NCBI GenBank assembly: GCA_051362555.1
Contig: CM120640.1
Location: 63,156,788 to 63,220,787 of the forward strand
Direction: 5' to 3'
DNA from: Lingula anatina
Taxonomy: Eukaryota > Animalia > Brachiopoda
DNA length: 64,000 nucleotides
Shown here in pieces: positions 1 to 13,800 of this stretch. The notes under the pieces are model-generated. The model saw nothing but the letters and a program-made list of their open reading frames with translations, had not been told where the DNA came from and made no database searches. The translations under genes were made by a program, and so were the position numbers. Position 1 is the first letter of the stretch; each line of letters begins with the position of its first letter.

Positions 1-136
1 AACTCTCATTTGCACCTTAGTATCAGAAGAACGCTGATTTTCATTCCTCAAATACCTGACCTTTTTTAACTCTGGGAAACAGTCAAATGAAGGTTAAAAC
101 ACCAGCAAATGGAATTGGATTTTCTCATTTACGTAC

Positions 137-217
137 TTTTTCGACATTGGGATCTAATCTCTTCACCAATAATACTTCCGATGTTTTCTGCAGCATGAAT
201 TCTAAATCCTTATCCAT
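137..217 (-). CDS. Candidate alternative N-terminal coding exon of the PDE3-type gene (MDKDLEFMLQKTSEVLLVKRLDPNVEK)
   Basis: On - strand: acceptor ttttcag before 271, in-exon GGGCCATGG Kozak context at 217, 27 open codons, phase-0 donor GTACGT at 136. Same phase as the donor of the PDE3 exon at 15042. Confidence 0.45.
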
Positions 218-2834
218 GGCCCGACTTAGCTAAGGGAAGTAAGCCAGATCTGTATATTCGAGAAAGAAAACCTGAAAAAATAATTTTTCCACCAAAACCA
301 TATCAAAAAATGCTGTAAGGTGGCCAAATGAATTCTGCTGGAAGAAAAATCTGGCATCAATTATATGAAAATATTACATTCACAAAAAGCAATCTACATG
401 TAGGTCTGCTAAAATACAATTCCCCAAATAATACCAACATAAAAGAAGATTCAATTGAACACATGTGCAATGGTGCAGACAGTGGTTTTGATGATCTTAA
501 AAAACTACCCAAAAAGCCATACATGCTAAGAAAACTTTGCTGTCTTCCCACTGGTTGCCATAAATGAAATAAAATCATTGTGAATAAGGCCATAAGCTAG
601 ATTGTGACAAAAAGAAAAGAAGAAAGGCCAATCTAAGTGAACCTTAGCACTACTTTGTGAAATACGTAGACTATCATCCATGATCAGACCATGGAAGATA
701 ATGTTTATATGCTGTGTGTGCAGAGTTCACTATTCTGGATGTAATAAACTGAAATTAGTCTAGGATTGGGGAAATAAATAGAAATGGGTACAGGGAGACA
801 GATATTGGATACTGAATCGCTTCAGTTATTTATCTAATCAGCCTATGAATTGCTAGACTAGGTATTTGCTCCCATCAGAGGCCAGACCACAGCAATAAAA
901 TTTGCCCCATTTTTAGTGTGAAAAAGCATTTTGAAAGGATTATTATAAATTGGTTTTCAGTTTCACTGTTGAGCACTTTTTGCTTTGAATGATCACTCCC
1001 AGAAGGCAGTTAATCACACCTTTTTTGTAACTATATACATTGCGTGCTTGTGGTTAAATGCATTACAAAGTTGCATGGTTGTATGTATGCCTGTGAATAT
1101 GTCAGCTTGCAGATGAAAGCACATCTGTGCACGCAACGTGCAGGCGTATGTGTACATGCACAGAAACTGAAGAACCCTTTACCATCTAAAACATCAATTG
1201 CAAGAATAAAGTAAAACATCACATAAAACCAATTTACTGCTTCCCACTGTTTTGCTAAAGATCATACAAACACAGCAGAGTTACACATAATGGACTTGCA
1301 GATAGAGTGCCATCCACAATTAATAGCCATTCTACCACATTTTATTGAATACCTGTTCTAAACAGCTGTTTAATATAGGGTGATTTTTCAGTTTTCTGCC
1401 AAGAACTTTCCATCTCTAAAATCTGAGTCTCATGGGCAGAACTTTAAAAGGAGGCACTTACGTACTTCAAATAGTCCTGGGAATACACAGTTCATAGCAA
1501 ATTATGGATATGGAAAGCATCACCATACTATGAATGAGTTTCCAACTGAGTTCTCAAGTATATCTGTTTGATACATAAATACAAATAATTATGGTCCTAA
1601 CTGTGTGACCATTACATTTGAATACACATAAACATTTACCTCTTATGAGGTTTGAATAGATTGCTTATGAACTTATGCACCTAAGATAACATGTAAATTC
1701 ACAAAACTTATAATGAATATAAAATGAGAGAGAGAGAGAGAGAGGGAAAAAGTAATGATTTGGAATTTTGAGTGTACCATGTAATAAGCTAATAAAATAA
1801 GATAAAGTTTACAGGTCTATTACTTTAAGCCTTTTGGCTACGTTTCTAGCTATAAAATACCACACTGACAGGATTCCTTTCCTATCACCTGCCCTTAACA
1901 GTTACTATACTCTTAACCTAGTTGTTAACAAATCATGGCCAAGGGTTTACCTCAGAACCAGTTGTGGTATATGGCAGTGGCCACAGGGAACAATTTCACA
2001 TGCAAGTAACATTAACACAACCCAGGAAAATATCTCCTAGCAGAACTGATGTTCATGTCTGGCTGTGTTAGGTTCATGCATCCCAAACTAAATATTTTGG
2101 ATACATTTTACTGGGAAATCAGATAAATTTTGTGATGCTGCATTGGAGATAGGGAAAGGGGAAACACTATCCTATTTATGCCCTTTTTAAAAAGGGCTGC
2201 TGTCCTTCTATGACCACAGTGATCAGTAAATTCTGGTGACTTTCACCAGTCTTAGTCGTTCTCTGCTTTCATGGTCACCAAACCCCAATCTTTCTTTGAA
2301 AACATTCCTCAAAAGTTACCTGTCAAGATGCTACCACAGGTCAAGTCACCTGGGAGTCTATTACAACCTGTGGGGTTCAGGGGGAAAGTGACTTCAGACT
2401 TGAGACATTAATGATACCCACTGGGCTAGCTCTTGGGATGGTCACTATAACTTCAAGACTTTTGCAGCATTTTGAAAAGTTCCAAGATCTCATAAACTCC
2501 AAGACAGCCAACAAATCCCAAGACTTGAAACATCATTTGGACTCCACCTTTCATTTCTGGGACCATTCCCTATGACTGATGGCAAGATTATGCCATAACT
2601 CTTTCTCCAAGTGGTTGCAAGCCAGGTATAAATAACCTATAAGGGTTTTAAAGTACTAGCATATCTTTTAAAGTGTAGTGTTTTTACCTTCATGTTTTCT
2701 GTAGATTGGCACATAAAAGGTAGCAATACAGAAAGTTGACAGTTGATTCCATTTTACTCTTACAGAAATCTAAATTATGGATTCTACATAAGTTGGATCT
2801 CCTTGACTAAGTTAGCAAGAACATAGGGGACTAA

Positions 2835-2988
2835 TACCCTCTACCAGGGCGAGTGATAGATTTTTTACAGATATTCACAGATATGTCTCTAACTAGATAG
2901 TTGAGCCCTAAATGACCATCTATCTAGCTAGAGACATATCTGTGAATATCTGTAAAAAAAAATCTATCACTCGCCCTGGTAGAGGGTA
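2835..2988. mobile_element. Foldback MITE, TACCC...GGGTA termini, 9-bp TSD (Mutator-like), copy 1
   Basis: Near-perfect palindrome TACCCTCTACCAGGGCGAGTGATAGA...TCTATCACTCGCCCTGGTAGAGGGTA; flanks ggggactaa / ggggactga. Further copies at 7203 and 50789. Confidence 0.9.
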
Positions 2989-3587
2989 GGGGACTGAGTA
3001 GAATTCCAAGAAACTGGTGTGCTAGACAGTTAATCGGATTGCATTCAGCGAGAGTAGCTATTGCGACGTAACTCATTCTGAACAGCCCCATACACTCAAC
3101 TATAATCAAAATACAGTGATGTGAATACAGAACTAGATCAGGCACTTGCAAAACAAGGACATTCTTCACGACTACAAGACTACAACCTCCATATATTTGA
3201 ACTACATGGGAAACATTGCTGTGAAGGAAGCTTATGTACCACAGATTTCTCTGCTACATCAGCACTGTAGAAAATGACACCTTCTCCAGTAATCTATACT
3301 TGGCTAATTGCTTATTTTTTCATCTCTACAGTGCAGGCAATAATGAAGAATAAGCATGCCCTATAGATATCAATTGACCTGTCAATGGATATGTATTAGA
3401 AAGAGTCAAATTGCACAGCGTTATCACCAGGGCTTAGTTTTATTGAATAATTCATTTGGAGTAATTGACCAGCCTGACCAGTCATAAATAAAAGTCAATG
3501 CTGAACTGGCATACACTTTAAGTGCCACTTCTAATGTCATTTGCTACAAATCTCTTCATATATCCCTTAAATGCAATAATAATATTA

Positions 3588-3913
3588 TTACCTCTGCCAA
3601 GGAGGCCGTTTTTGGTTCTGTTAGTTATTTAGTTTATGAGTTTGCAACAACAAGCAAAAAAAAAAAAAAAAAAAAAAAAAAATGGATTTTGGTGAAATTT
3701 TCAGGATAGGTCAGAAATGAACCAAGGAACATATGATTAGATTTTGGTGGTGGGATTACCATTGAAATGCACTCTGCTTCTAAGCTTAACAAGTTGAAAT
3801 AATTGCATATAGACTCATTTAAAAGGTGCACATCACACTCTCATTGGATCACTATGCCATTTTGAACCAATTTCCTTGGTGGAGGTCTGTGCTCTCCGAG
3901 TGCTTTTCTTGTT
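3588..3913 (+). mobile_element. Non-autonomous Helentron/HINE-like repeat, copy 1
   Basis: 5' TTACCTCTGCCAAGGAGG, subterminal inverted copy CCTTGGTGGAGG, short 3' hairpin (gtgctctccgagtgc), ending CTTGTT in T-rich site. Related copies at 7451-7703 (-) and 26098-27429 (+). Confidence 0.7.
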
Positions 3914-4409
3914 AATTATAATCAAATTCATGCTCATGGGAATAATTTTACAGATTTAAGGAATCCCGGGACCCATGCAAATGTACAGCTCAGTGTGTAG
4001 TAGGTTTTGTGTAACATACTATAATATCACCTTGACATCTCCATTTGCCTGTGGAAAAAATATTTTAGATATAAATATCCTTTGTAGAATCCTATGCATA
4101 CTCTGGAAGAAAATATCTATTTTCACCTCTCTAATGAAAATTTTCTGCTAATTCAGTTTAACACAAAACAGTAACAAATTTTTTTTTAAAGTAACTAATA
4201 TTCATTTTTAGCTATAGGCAACCTTGTTTCAACAGTTTGGTAGACACTTGATGGTCATTCTTTATTCATAAATTGATCAAAATGAAAAAAAAAAAAAAAG
4301 AAAAAGAAAAGTAATAAGCAGAAAAAAAGTGGTAAAGATGTTATTTGTAAACAAGTACCTGCAATGTGAAAAAGAGTTTCACGAAGGGACTCTTTTCTGC
4401 AATGTCAGA

Positions 4410-4698
4410 GGGGCCATTGAGAATAGATGATCCAAGTACTAACTGATCCAGCAGCTTAATATGGCCAACCACACTTCAAAAGCAATGCAGATGATTTCCA
4501 GTGGTCACCCTGCCTCCACACGTGCCATTAAACGGATTCAATCTCGACTCCAAGGTTTAATTGCTAGGCACCTGCAGTGATGGCGCATGTGGAGGTGAGA
4601 GACTATCATGGAATTAGCAGCATCACTTCTGAAGTGGGGTCAGCCATATTTAGTCAGCAGATCAGTTAGTACTCGGATCATCTATTCTGAATGGCTCC
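4410..4698. mobile_element. PIF/Harbinger-like MITE
   Basis: Long imperfect TIRs GGGGCCATTGAGAATAGATG...CATCTATTCTGAATGGCTCC, 3-bp aga flanks; shorter relative at 30564-30737. Confidence 0.8.
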
Positions 4699-4754
4699 AG
4701 AGCTAAGTATCATACTGACGGACTTTAAAAATTTCAATTTTTTTAAAAGCGTTA

Positions 4755-5230
4755 GGACTATTCACACTAGCAAATAAACCATGGTAAGTGAACTCCAACT
4801 GAATCGTGGTTGAATAAACCATAGAAGCAGTGCATGGCTTTTACCAACTGTACTTCCTGTTAAGCATGTGCACTTTAGTTCCCATAAGAAATGGAGCACC
4901 ATAACTTTGTATTTTGCTCTCAGATCCTGAGGAGGCCATCAAAGCCCTACTTTCCATATGATGCTCTCTTACTGCAATGCATTATTGAATATGACGTAAC
5001 GAGCCTGATACAGTTTGTGTTAGTATTGTCAGAATTTCCATCGAAATTTGTTCCTAATATAAACATCCAGCTTCAACCATGATTCAAAGTTAACTTGGAT
5101 TTAACCCTGCTCCCGAGCTAGGTTCATTTGAATCCCGGTCAGGGGTACATAGTTCACATTAGAAAAATGAACCTTGATAGGACCTCCATCAGGCCTTGAC
5201 CGCGGTCGAAATTGCCAGTGTGAATGGGGT
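4755..5230. mobile_element. Degenerate TIR element (Harbinger-like)
   Basis: ggactattcacactagcaa at the left end versus ttgccagtgtgaatgggg at the right end (imperfect inverted repeat). Confidence 0.5.
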
Positions 5231-5317
5231 AATTAATCATGCTCATTATATCCTTTGAAAAAACTGCATTTATAGAGGGTGCAATTGAATACTTTAGAAT
5301 CTCTTTAAAATTCCCAT

Positions 5318-5323
<6 letters not shown>

Positions 5324-5397
<74 letters not shown>
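5324..5397. repeat. (TA)n microsatellite
   Basis: Uninterrupted AT dinucleotide run; explains the YI-repeat pseudo-ORF 5154..5423. Confidence 0.98.
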
Positions 5398-5400
<3 letters not shown>

Positions 5401-7202
5401 GCATTATGAAATAATATATGCATAATATCCGTTGCATTATACAGAGAGCAATGTGAGTAATGATGCTAGGCATTGAGCATCCAACATGTTTTCAACTCCC
5501 CAAGAATGCTAATTTTATACACACATGCATTCATGTCTTATGCTTACCAGACAGCTGTAACTCAAAATCAGCTTTAGGCTTCTATCGGGTGCTTGATCAT
5601 TATGTTTTTAAACATTCATTTGCACATTTACAGATTGTCATTGATTTTTTATATCATTCCCTTACCAAAGCTTGGCTGAAGAGCATAACAATATTGATAA
5701 CAGCCATGAAAGACTAACCGTTTCACCACGTAACACAAACTTCCCTTGAAAATCCCCAAAGTATATTTACATCAAGGGGTTAGTTTGATACCACTCAAGT
5801 GCCTGCAGTCCCCAAACGTCAATTTTATATCTACTGATGATCCATGAAAATGTGGTCTCAGCTAAAGAGCATAGGCTAGCATTGCATTGCCTTAGTAACA
5901 TATAATCCACAAATCTTCGGGGACTGCATGCTTGAGCATAGGGAGAGATGATCAGCTATCTGTGGCCAGCCAATGACGCATGCTTTACAAAGAAGCCATG
6001 ACAATTCAATTTCCTATAAGTAGGAGTTGATCACAAAAAGTAAATGGAATGAGAAAAAAGAGAAAATAATCTGATAGCTGCAAGACAGACAGTCAAAAAA
6101 AGTCCATCAGGCTAACAAACAACTGGACAGCCAAACCATACATGGACTACTAAGCACTATTTTATGTAATCTTTATTAAAATCAACATTCAAAATGGACT
6201 AATTTTGATGCATTGGCATCAATAGCACTTCTTCATAAATTACCCAAGTGGTGTCGGCATGATTTTCCCTGAATCTTACCATTCCCAATGAATAGGAGTG
6301 TAATTACAATGAATGGAGTGATAATGAATCACAACTGTTGATGGATAATCTCTCTGTATAATTTCATAAGAGGGGTAACATTATTATCAAGGATTGGTGC
6401 ATGCCACTGAAAAAAAATGTTTTGTTGTTATTAACAGCAATAACATCATCTCAGCACATCACTGACGTAAAGCAAGAAAGACCAACGGGTTGGGCAAAAC
6501 AAGTCTGCCATTTTTAAGTTTTATGTGTTAAACCTGTAGATTTGTAATTGACAAATTAATGACTTAGACCATGATTTCATAAGTGTTTCATAATTGTAAA
6601 AATACTTGCTGCTAGTACTTTACTATAAACTGCAACTACAAGTCCCCTCACCTATATACCTGTTTTTCAAGATCCATATTTGCCAGAGATTACTGAGAGC
6701 GCATTACTCTTTATTTAGATGTAGTAGGAATAGTAAGTGATAGATATTTGTAAGATGGTGGAAACTGGATGAATTCGCTTTTACCCATTTCCAATTTTCC
6801 TTTTTTTCCCCTAAAAAGCTCTAATGAGCAGTTCCTTGTATCATCTACCATTTAGAAATATTGTAATAAAAAATAATGATAATAATATTTATTTTGAGTC
6901 TAAAATCCATGAGCAGACTTTACAATGCAACATGAACAAATAATAAAAAGGCTAGTAAAAGAAAAGGAAAAAAATGAATTAATACAGGAAAAATTAATTA
7001 AAACAAATAATGTAGAAATTAAGAACGTTACTTCACCACTATCTTAAAGTCCTATTCATAAAAGCTATAAAGATAAAACCCGAGTTCCCCTTTAAAAGTA
7101 GTCCGAGAGTCTATCCTACATAGTAAAAGTGGAAGTATAAATACCCTTGATGCAGCAACTTTAAAAGAATTGTCACCACACGTGACAAATCTAGCTTTAC
7201 AC

Positions 7203-7312
7203 TACCCTCTACCCTCTGTTGACAACAGACCAAAATGACCGTCTATTTATCTCTAGAGAGACATATCTGTGAATATCTGTGGAAAATCAATCTGTCGCCC
7301 TGGTAGAGGGTA
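7203..7312. mobile_element. Foldback MITE with 9-bp TSD, copy 2 (left arm partly deleted)
   Basis: TACCCTCTACC...GCCCTGGTAGAGGGTA flanked by perfect gctttacac direct repeats. Confidence 0.85.
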
Positions 7313-7450
7313 GCTTTACACGGTATTGAGAACAAATGGTTGGAAGAGGGTTACTGCCAGGAAAGGGGGGGGGGGGATTGTTAGTTGATACTAGATCACA
7401 TAATTATGGTGGGGCCAAGTTGTAAAAAGTGGCGTGCGCATTTAAAGATT

Positions 7451-7703
7451 AACTAGAAAAGCACTCTGAGAGCACAGACCTCTGCCAAGGCAGCGATTTT
7501 TTATTATTATTGATTATTGGATCATTACTGGATTATTGGATTGTCTGGATCACCACCAAAAACTAACCATCTCTTCCTTGGCCCACTTCTGACAGTTCCT
7601 AAAAATTTCATCAAAATCCGTCCAGAACTTTTTGAGTTATGTTGATGACAGACAAACAGACTTGTAAACAGGGGTGAAAACATAACCTCCTTGGCGGAGG
7701 TAA
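7451..7703 (-). mobile_element. Non-autonomous Helentron/HINE-like repeat, copy 2
   Basis: Reverse-complement of the 3588 family: TTACCTCCGCCAAGGAGG ... CCTTGGCAGAGGTCTGTGCTCTCAGAGTGCTTTTCTAGTT; inserted in the LINE relic. Confidence 0.75.
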
Positions 7704-9359
7704 AAAGAATCTGTGCTCTTATAGGTGGCAACTGAAGTTGTTTGAGACTAGGGGTAATTGTCGCCAGGTCTGCATGTAAGAACTCGAGCAGAGATATTTT
7801 GAATACCTTGCAGACATTTGAGTTTTTCTTGTGGACATCCATAAAAAGGGAACTGAAGTAATCTAGATGACGTAATGAGAGTATTAAGAATAGTACCTTT
7901 AGAGGAGTCACTTAGATGGTTTTTCAATGAAGTTACATTTCTGATGTAAAACATGCACGACTTCGAAATCTGGGATATTTGTTTGTCCATAGACAGAAAG
8001 GTGTCCACATATACACCAAGATTTTTTTTGCGTGAGAAGTATTGACCACACTTTCGCCTATCTTGATAGGACTGACAGTTTCAGATATGTGTTTGTTACA
8101 AGGCTGTTTAATGACCAAGAATTCATTTGAGCTGTCATTTATCATTATTTTGTTCTTTACCATCAGCTGAGATAAAAAACATAGGTTTTAACTTTCATAA
8201 ATTAAGAAAATTTCAAGATTTTTAATGTTACAGGAGTATACAGCTGAATATCATGCTGCCAAGAAAAAGAACCTGTATGTTAAAAATGAGAGACCTGGAT
8301 AAAAGCATGCCAAATTGTTTGCAGTTTATGATGCAATGCAGTGTAAGTCATTAATTGGTTGATTACAATCATAAATATGCACCTCTAAGTGTCAAAAGCT
8401 GTTTTGGTGCCATTCTGCCCCAAAAGGCATGTTAATAATGTGCAAAAATGATAGCAATACTAAATTTAAAAAAAAGGATGTAACACTACAATTTAACTTC
8501 AGAAATTTCTAAATTTCAATACTACAACTAGTGTTCATATTCTAAAAAAATATACAGTAAATTACACAGACAAAAAAATCTTTCAATGAAAAAAAAAATT
8601 AAAATCATTTAAAATTGGTATATATCAACAGGTTGTGTATATTTACAATTGTTTGAAATGCATAGCTGTCTTAAGGTGGGACTATTATTGTATTCTTAAG
8701 ATTTCAATTAAGTTTCTGCTTCACAATGGTCTATCAGTAATTACTCTCAGGGTTTTTGAATGAGGTGAATCTTGGGCAGGTATAGATAGTCTTTTCGCGG
8801 TTTACCAGCCAAAATGCATTGAGAAAGAAAAGTACCTTCTTAAGCTATGTAGACAGAGAAAATATGACTTTGAAAAATGTACAAATGGTACAATATTCAA
8901 AAACTACAACAGTTACTTCTAACAAAATATAAAATATTGATCAATTTCCCCATGTTTATGAAATCGTTCTATCTAAAAGCTTCATAAAATATTGAAGAAC
9001 GTTAACATGGAAAGCCTAATCTCCTTTAGTAAGGTATACCTAGCAAACAAATCAGTTGCATACAGATCCCTAGTATTTATCCGTCCTCTAACTAAAGATC
9101 AATAACTCGTGTTTGAAAAATGAAACTGTGAGCCTGGCTGGAAACCATCATTGACATTTAACATCATGAGGTATTGTTTAAGCCCACCAGGTACAATCAC
9201 AGTGAAAGAAAATGTCACCGAGGCCAACAATGACAAATGAATTTTTAAAATTAAAAAACAGAACAGATTCTCTTTACTCCACTATGTTAGGCGTAATCAA
9301 GATTGCATTACTAGATGTATTGGTAATACATTCTTGATGTAATGCAAGAAGGGAGGGAG

Positions 9360-9443
9360 AGGGATAGAGATGATATTATAATCATTTATCATTTAAAGGA
9401 GAGAGAGGGATAGAGGTGATATTATAATCATTTATCATTTAAA
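9360..9443. repeat. Tandem duplication of a ~45-bp unit
   Basis: agggatagag(a/g)tgatattataatcatttatcatttaaag occurs twice in tandem. Confidence 0.9.
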
Positions 9444-10603
9444 GAAGGTTCATACAAAGTTTTTAAAAGAGATAAAATCAATCCATCAATCAATCATTCA
9501 AATGTCATAAACCTACAAGAATACCAAAAGTTCAAAGGACATGATTCTCTCCTGCTGCTGTGATATTTTAAATATTGATCTGTTATCTTTAAGAGATTTT
9601 AGGAAGGATAAAATTAGTTTAAGCAAGGCCAATGCCTTACCCAATGCCATACACAGTCCCACGGATAATAAACTGAATAACATTTACCTTTATATTCAAG
9701 GAAAAAAGTGAAAGAAGCTTTGAAGAGGTTTATCTACTTGATTATGCTTTTTTTAATATTAATTTGAAAGATGGCAACATGAATATCAAATGTCAATAAC
9801 CTAGCTGTACTGAATCAAAAGATACCTCAGATTGACTGCTCCTTACTCAATTGACTAAATTATCAGTGCTACCATCCAATAGCAAGACCTTTAGCTTGTT
9901 GAACAGAATGTTTCATCTCATCCCTAGTAATTTCAGTGAAGTCAAGCATATTGTGAACCCATTAGCTATGTTGTCCCCGTTGAATTCAAATGCTAACTCC
10001 TGAGTACCATCTTTTTGTTGCTCTTTTATTTTTAGAGAACCATGTTTTCTCTTTATATAACCATGTTTGTTAAACAAAATTAGGATGAATACCTGACAAT
10101 GTCTTGTATACACACATAACATCCAGGCCCACAACATCAACTTTATGCAGGTTACTTAAACAAGTTGTAATCTCTTTTTTTATAAATTTACCATGGTCAT
10201 ATACAGTCCTCCATTTATTTGCAAATATAACAAATTGTTATAAGCAACTGCAATCATTTTTATTCTTAATTAAATTTGAAAGGGTCATAAAAAGGGTCTC
10301 ATAATATTCCTATCTTTATTCTAATCTGCCTCATATAATTGATTAGCAGCAACATTAATTTCATTCTTCTCTTGCAGGCAGTGTATTTAAGTATAGTGTC
10401 AGCTGGTTGGCTGCCATGTTTCCCAGGGAGTGACCTTGTGTGATATTGAAAATGAAATATGCATTATGCACCCAATAAATCTCAACACAACTTGCAGTTT
10501 TGGAAATGACAGTAATACACAACCATGCTCCTGATGATAGAATTTAGTTAAAAATTTTGATTAAAAAAATGCACATGTCATGTCAGACAAATAGAGATAG
10601 CAG

Positions 10604-10850
10604 CCCTTAGCAAAATCAGGCCTGCTTGCAAATCTGCAGCAAATTTACAGCAAATTTGCTGCAATATTGCTGCAAACTGCAATTCCTTCTTGCAAATTTG
10701 TAGCAAATTTACAGCAATATGACTGCAAATTAGCAGCAGTAAAAGTTTTCTTGTAAACTCCTTCAAATTCATTGCTGCAAACTTAAAGTTTAAGCAATAT
10801 TGCTACAATTTTGCTGCAGTATTGCTGCAAACTTTTCATTTTGTTAAGGG
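10604..10850. mobile_element. Short TIR element with subterminal GCAGCAAAT-like repeats (EnSpm/CACTA-like MITE)
   Basis: CCCTTAGCAAAAT...ATTTTGTTAAGGG termini, 2-bp ag flanks, many tgcagcaaat/tttgctgca repeats in both orientations. Confidence 0.65.
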
Positions 10851-13800
10851 AGCATTTGTGGGCATCAAGAATTAATCAAGTTGGATATTGGAAGTATAAA
10901 ATAATTTTAATGGATAATTTTGTGCAAAATAAAATTCTCAGGTTTAGCGCATTTTTCATCCACTCTATATTCATATGGGTTATTTCACAAAGCATAAACA
11001 TTTGAGACATGTCAGTGATGCATACATTTTCTGTAATATTTGCATAATTTTGACTTGACCCATTATTTTTGATGTTTTATACTGCAGTACCCTCAAACAC
11101 AGAAAGAAAACAAACAGTTATAAATAATGCACAAAATGTGTGCATCATTGCTATGGATCCAATGTTCACTTTTTTGTGGAATGACCCACATTCAGTTCAA
11201 AATCAACTCCCTGGAAAATGTTTATTATTGTAATTAATATCAAAAATGCTTTTACTTTAAAAAAAACAAGGGATAAATGTGAGACAACAGTAAATACAGT
11301 GTATGTTCATTGTACAAGCACCAAAATGTTGGTGACAACTCGTGGTTTTTATCACAGGGCACTGGAAGTGATTGTGCACTCATTTTAGAGATGCACAGGA
11401 CTTTCCACTGCCTTGATGCTTGAACACTGAACTGCCAAATTAATTTGATCTGATACAGGTTTCATGGTGCTTTGATCTCAGTTCAACGGAGTTATGGATA
11501 CTCATTAAAGAGACAGAGTCCATTACATTAAATCAGTTCACTTTAGATTACCCAGAATGGACTAAATGTGGATGGCAAAAATTATAGCCGTGTTATAGTC
11601 ATTTCATTGCTGAGTTTTTTCAACAGACCACATGGTTAAGTCATTTGGGTTTTATGTACAAACCACTTTCGCTAGGATTGTTCAGCATGGATCAAGAAAA
11701 GAAAAAGGTTGATTGCTTTTCTGTTGAAGATTGAAAAGGTCAGACTTATGTGTCCAGATACTAAAAACTTATCTTCTGCATAATTCTTCAACAACAAGTT
11801 TTCAATTCCATTGTTGCTACTTTCCAATCATATGAAAGGTATTCCAAGTTCAGACAAATCTGAAACCTGATTTAATGAATACATAGCAGCATCCAAATAT
11901 CCAACTTGTTAATTATCATCCTTTGTTAATCCCCTTAGTTTGAACTTTGGAGATCTTCTTCCTGGAAATTGCTGAATGGGGCACACTGCTAGAGACTGAC
12001 AATTTAAACGGATACCTCCCAATGGTAAATTTAATCAATTCGTTACAACAGGGCTGCAAAACAGGAAGAAACAGACACAACCTTATAACACCAATCTCCA
12101 TAAACATCTTGGGGGGGGGGGAGGGGGGGGGGAGATAATAATAATAATAAAAAATTCCAGAAAAAAAGAAAAGAAAAACCTCACCTCATATATAATAAAG
12201 TGATTAATGTTTTTGTAAAGGTGTTCAAGCAAAAAACCACTGCACTCAATATGACAGTCTCTATGATTGAGATGCTCTACTCTCTTCTATAATATTTGTA
12301 AATAAAACATATATAGAGCAATGGTCAAGATTAATGCTGAAATAAGATGCTATTATAAAGCACTGTGAAGCCATCAGAAAGGCATAATCTCAGGCCTGAG
12401 ATATTTACCTTGGCATGTTATCTTACTGTGGCCAAAGCTTTGATATAGTTCAGGGATTATCTTGTGTTCACAGTCAATAATTACAAATGACCAAGTTTAT
12501 CCAAGCCAGGGTCATATTTGTATTTCTTCCCAGTTGTGACGCAAATGCGACATGTGGTCCAGTGTGGCAGCGGCAAGGTTACAGCTGCTTGACAATAGGT
12601 ACTTTCTTGTTCCAAAGTGAAAATAACATTCACATGTATGAATGAAAAAAAAAAGGGATTCAGTTCTAAATAGCAGAGATGAGATAGTAAATCAACTGAA
12701 GATAAAAATCTTCCAATTTAGAGTGTTATAAACTGAATCCAGGGTCTTTTGGACCTTTTTTCTCTTCATGGAAGGAGGAACATCCCTATCCCTCACATAG
12801 AAGCTTGATATATTAGCTTGATATGCTTCAAAGAGTCATTATATATTACATAAATTTTCAGAAAATAGAATAAATAATAGCCCATCATTGTCCATTTCTG
12901 AATGTTTTGGGAAATTTTCTGTACTATGATAATCCATTAACCCTACACAAAGTCTTGACTTGGAAAAATCCTAGAGCAAAGAAAATAATCAAACCTACGG
13001 ACATAATAAGGGCAGGTGACATGCATGCAATGTCAGTTATTAATAATGATAGGTTTTGGTTCTTACTAAATACAATCAATATAGCCCTTAGACTGTGAAG
13101 CAAAAGCTATATATATATTATATATGAGTGCAAGAGCAAGACCTCCACAAGACTATTTTACAGAACTCAACATTGAATTGCCTGAAGCTCTCACAAACAG
13201 CCACGCAAACATTTTCTCCTTCCTTTATGCCTTTTCTGGATAGGGACAGAAGTGTTTTTTTCTTCTCTAGAAACTACATGTATATTAGCATACCTGAGAA
13301 ACACAGGTGGGCATGCCTTCATTGCCACAATCCAGCCGTAAAGTAGCTGCAAATTGGCTATAAACAATAAATACACACATGACACCGCAAACATAAAAAA
13401 TGGAAAGGGATGCTAAACAAAAATATTAAAAAGCAACATTTATTGTTTCTGCTTTTCTCAAACTTGATCAATTTATTCATAAATATCAGGGTCACTTTGT
13501 CATATACTTAATATGTCAGCACTGCCATTACAGTAACCATGGTTTATCAATGCTATGTACAGGGTGATTATTATTAAAGTCTGTAACTTTATGAATCTGT
13601 ACATTTTGAAACAGACCAATTGATCTGGTTTGGACAATGACATAAATAATTCTCTACCTTAATCACTGATGTAGAAAAAAGTGATCAAAGTGTCCAGAAT
13701 ACCATAAGTTACTAACTCTCTCTCGAACAGATAACATGTCTAACAAATGAATTTGCTGTACATATATTGAATAATTTATCACACGTGAATAAGCTGTTCA

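Larger units (their letters stand above)
7030..8163 (-). mobile_element. Degraded L2/CR1-group LINE 3' fragment (C-terminal part of ORF2), interrupted by two insertions
   Basis: Frameshifted peptides across ORFs 7933..8163, 7748..8008, 7525..7911 (NKIMIN..., ISQISKSCMFYIRNV, HLDYFSSL, LQGIQNISAR, ITPSLKQLQLPPIRAQILF) follow the usual order of L2/CR1 post-RT motifs; a GDNSFKVAA-like terminal motif lies near 7150-7178. Confidence 0.75.

Noticed and set aside
5154-5423. 89-aa ORF with YI repeats (similarly 14347..14679)
   Set aside because: Artefact of TA-rich microsatellite sequence.
5825-5865. Minimal hammerhead-like CTGATGA-tccat-GAAA
   Set aside because: Stems I, II and III cannot pair.
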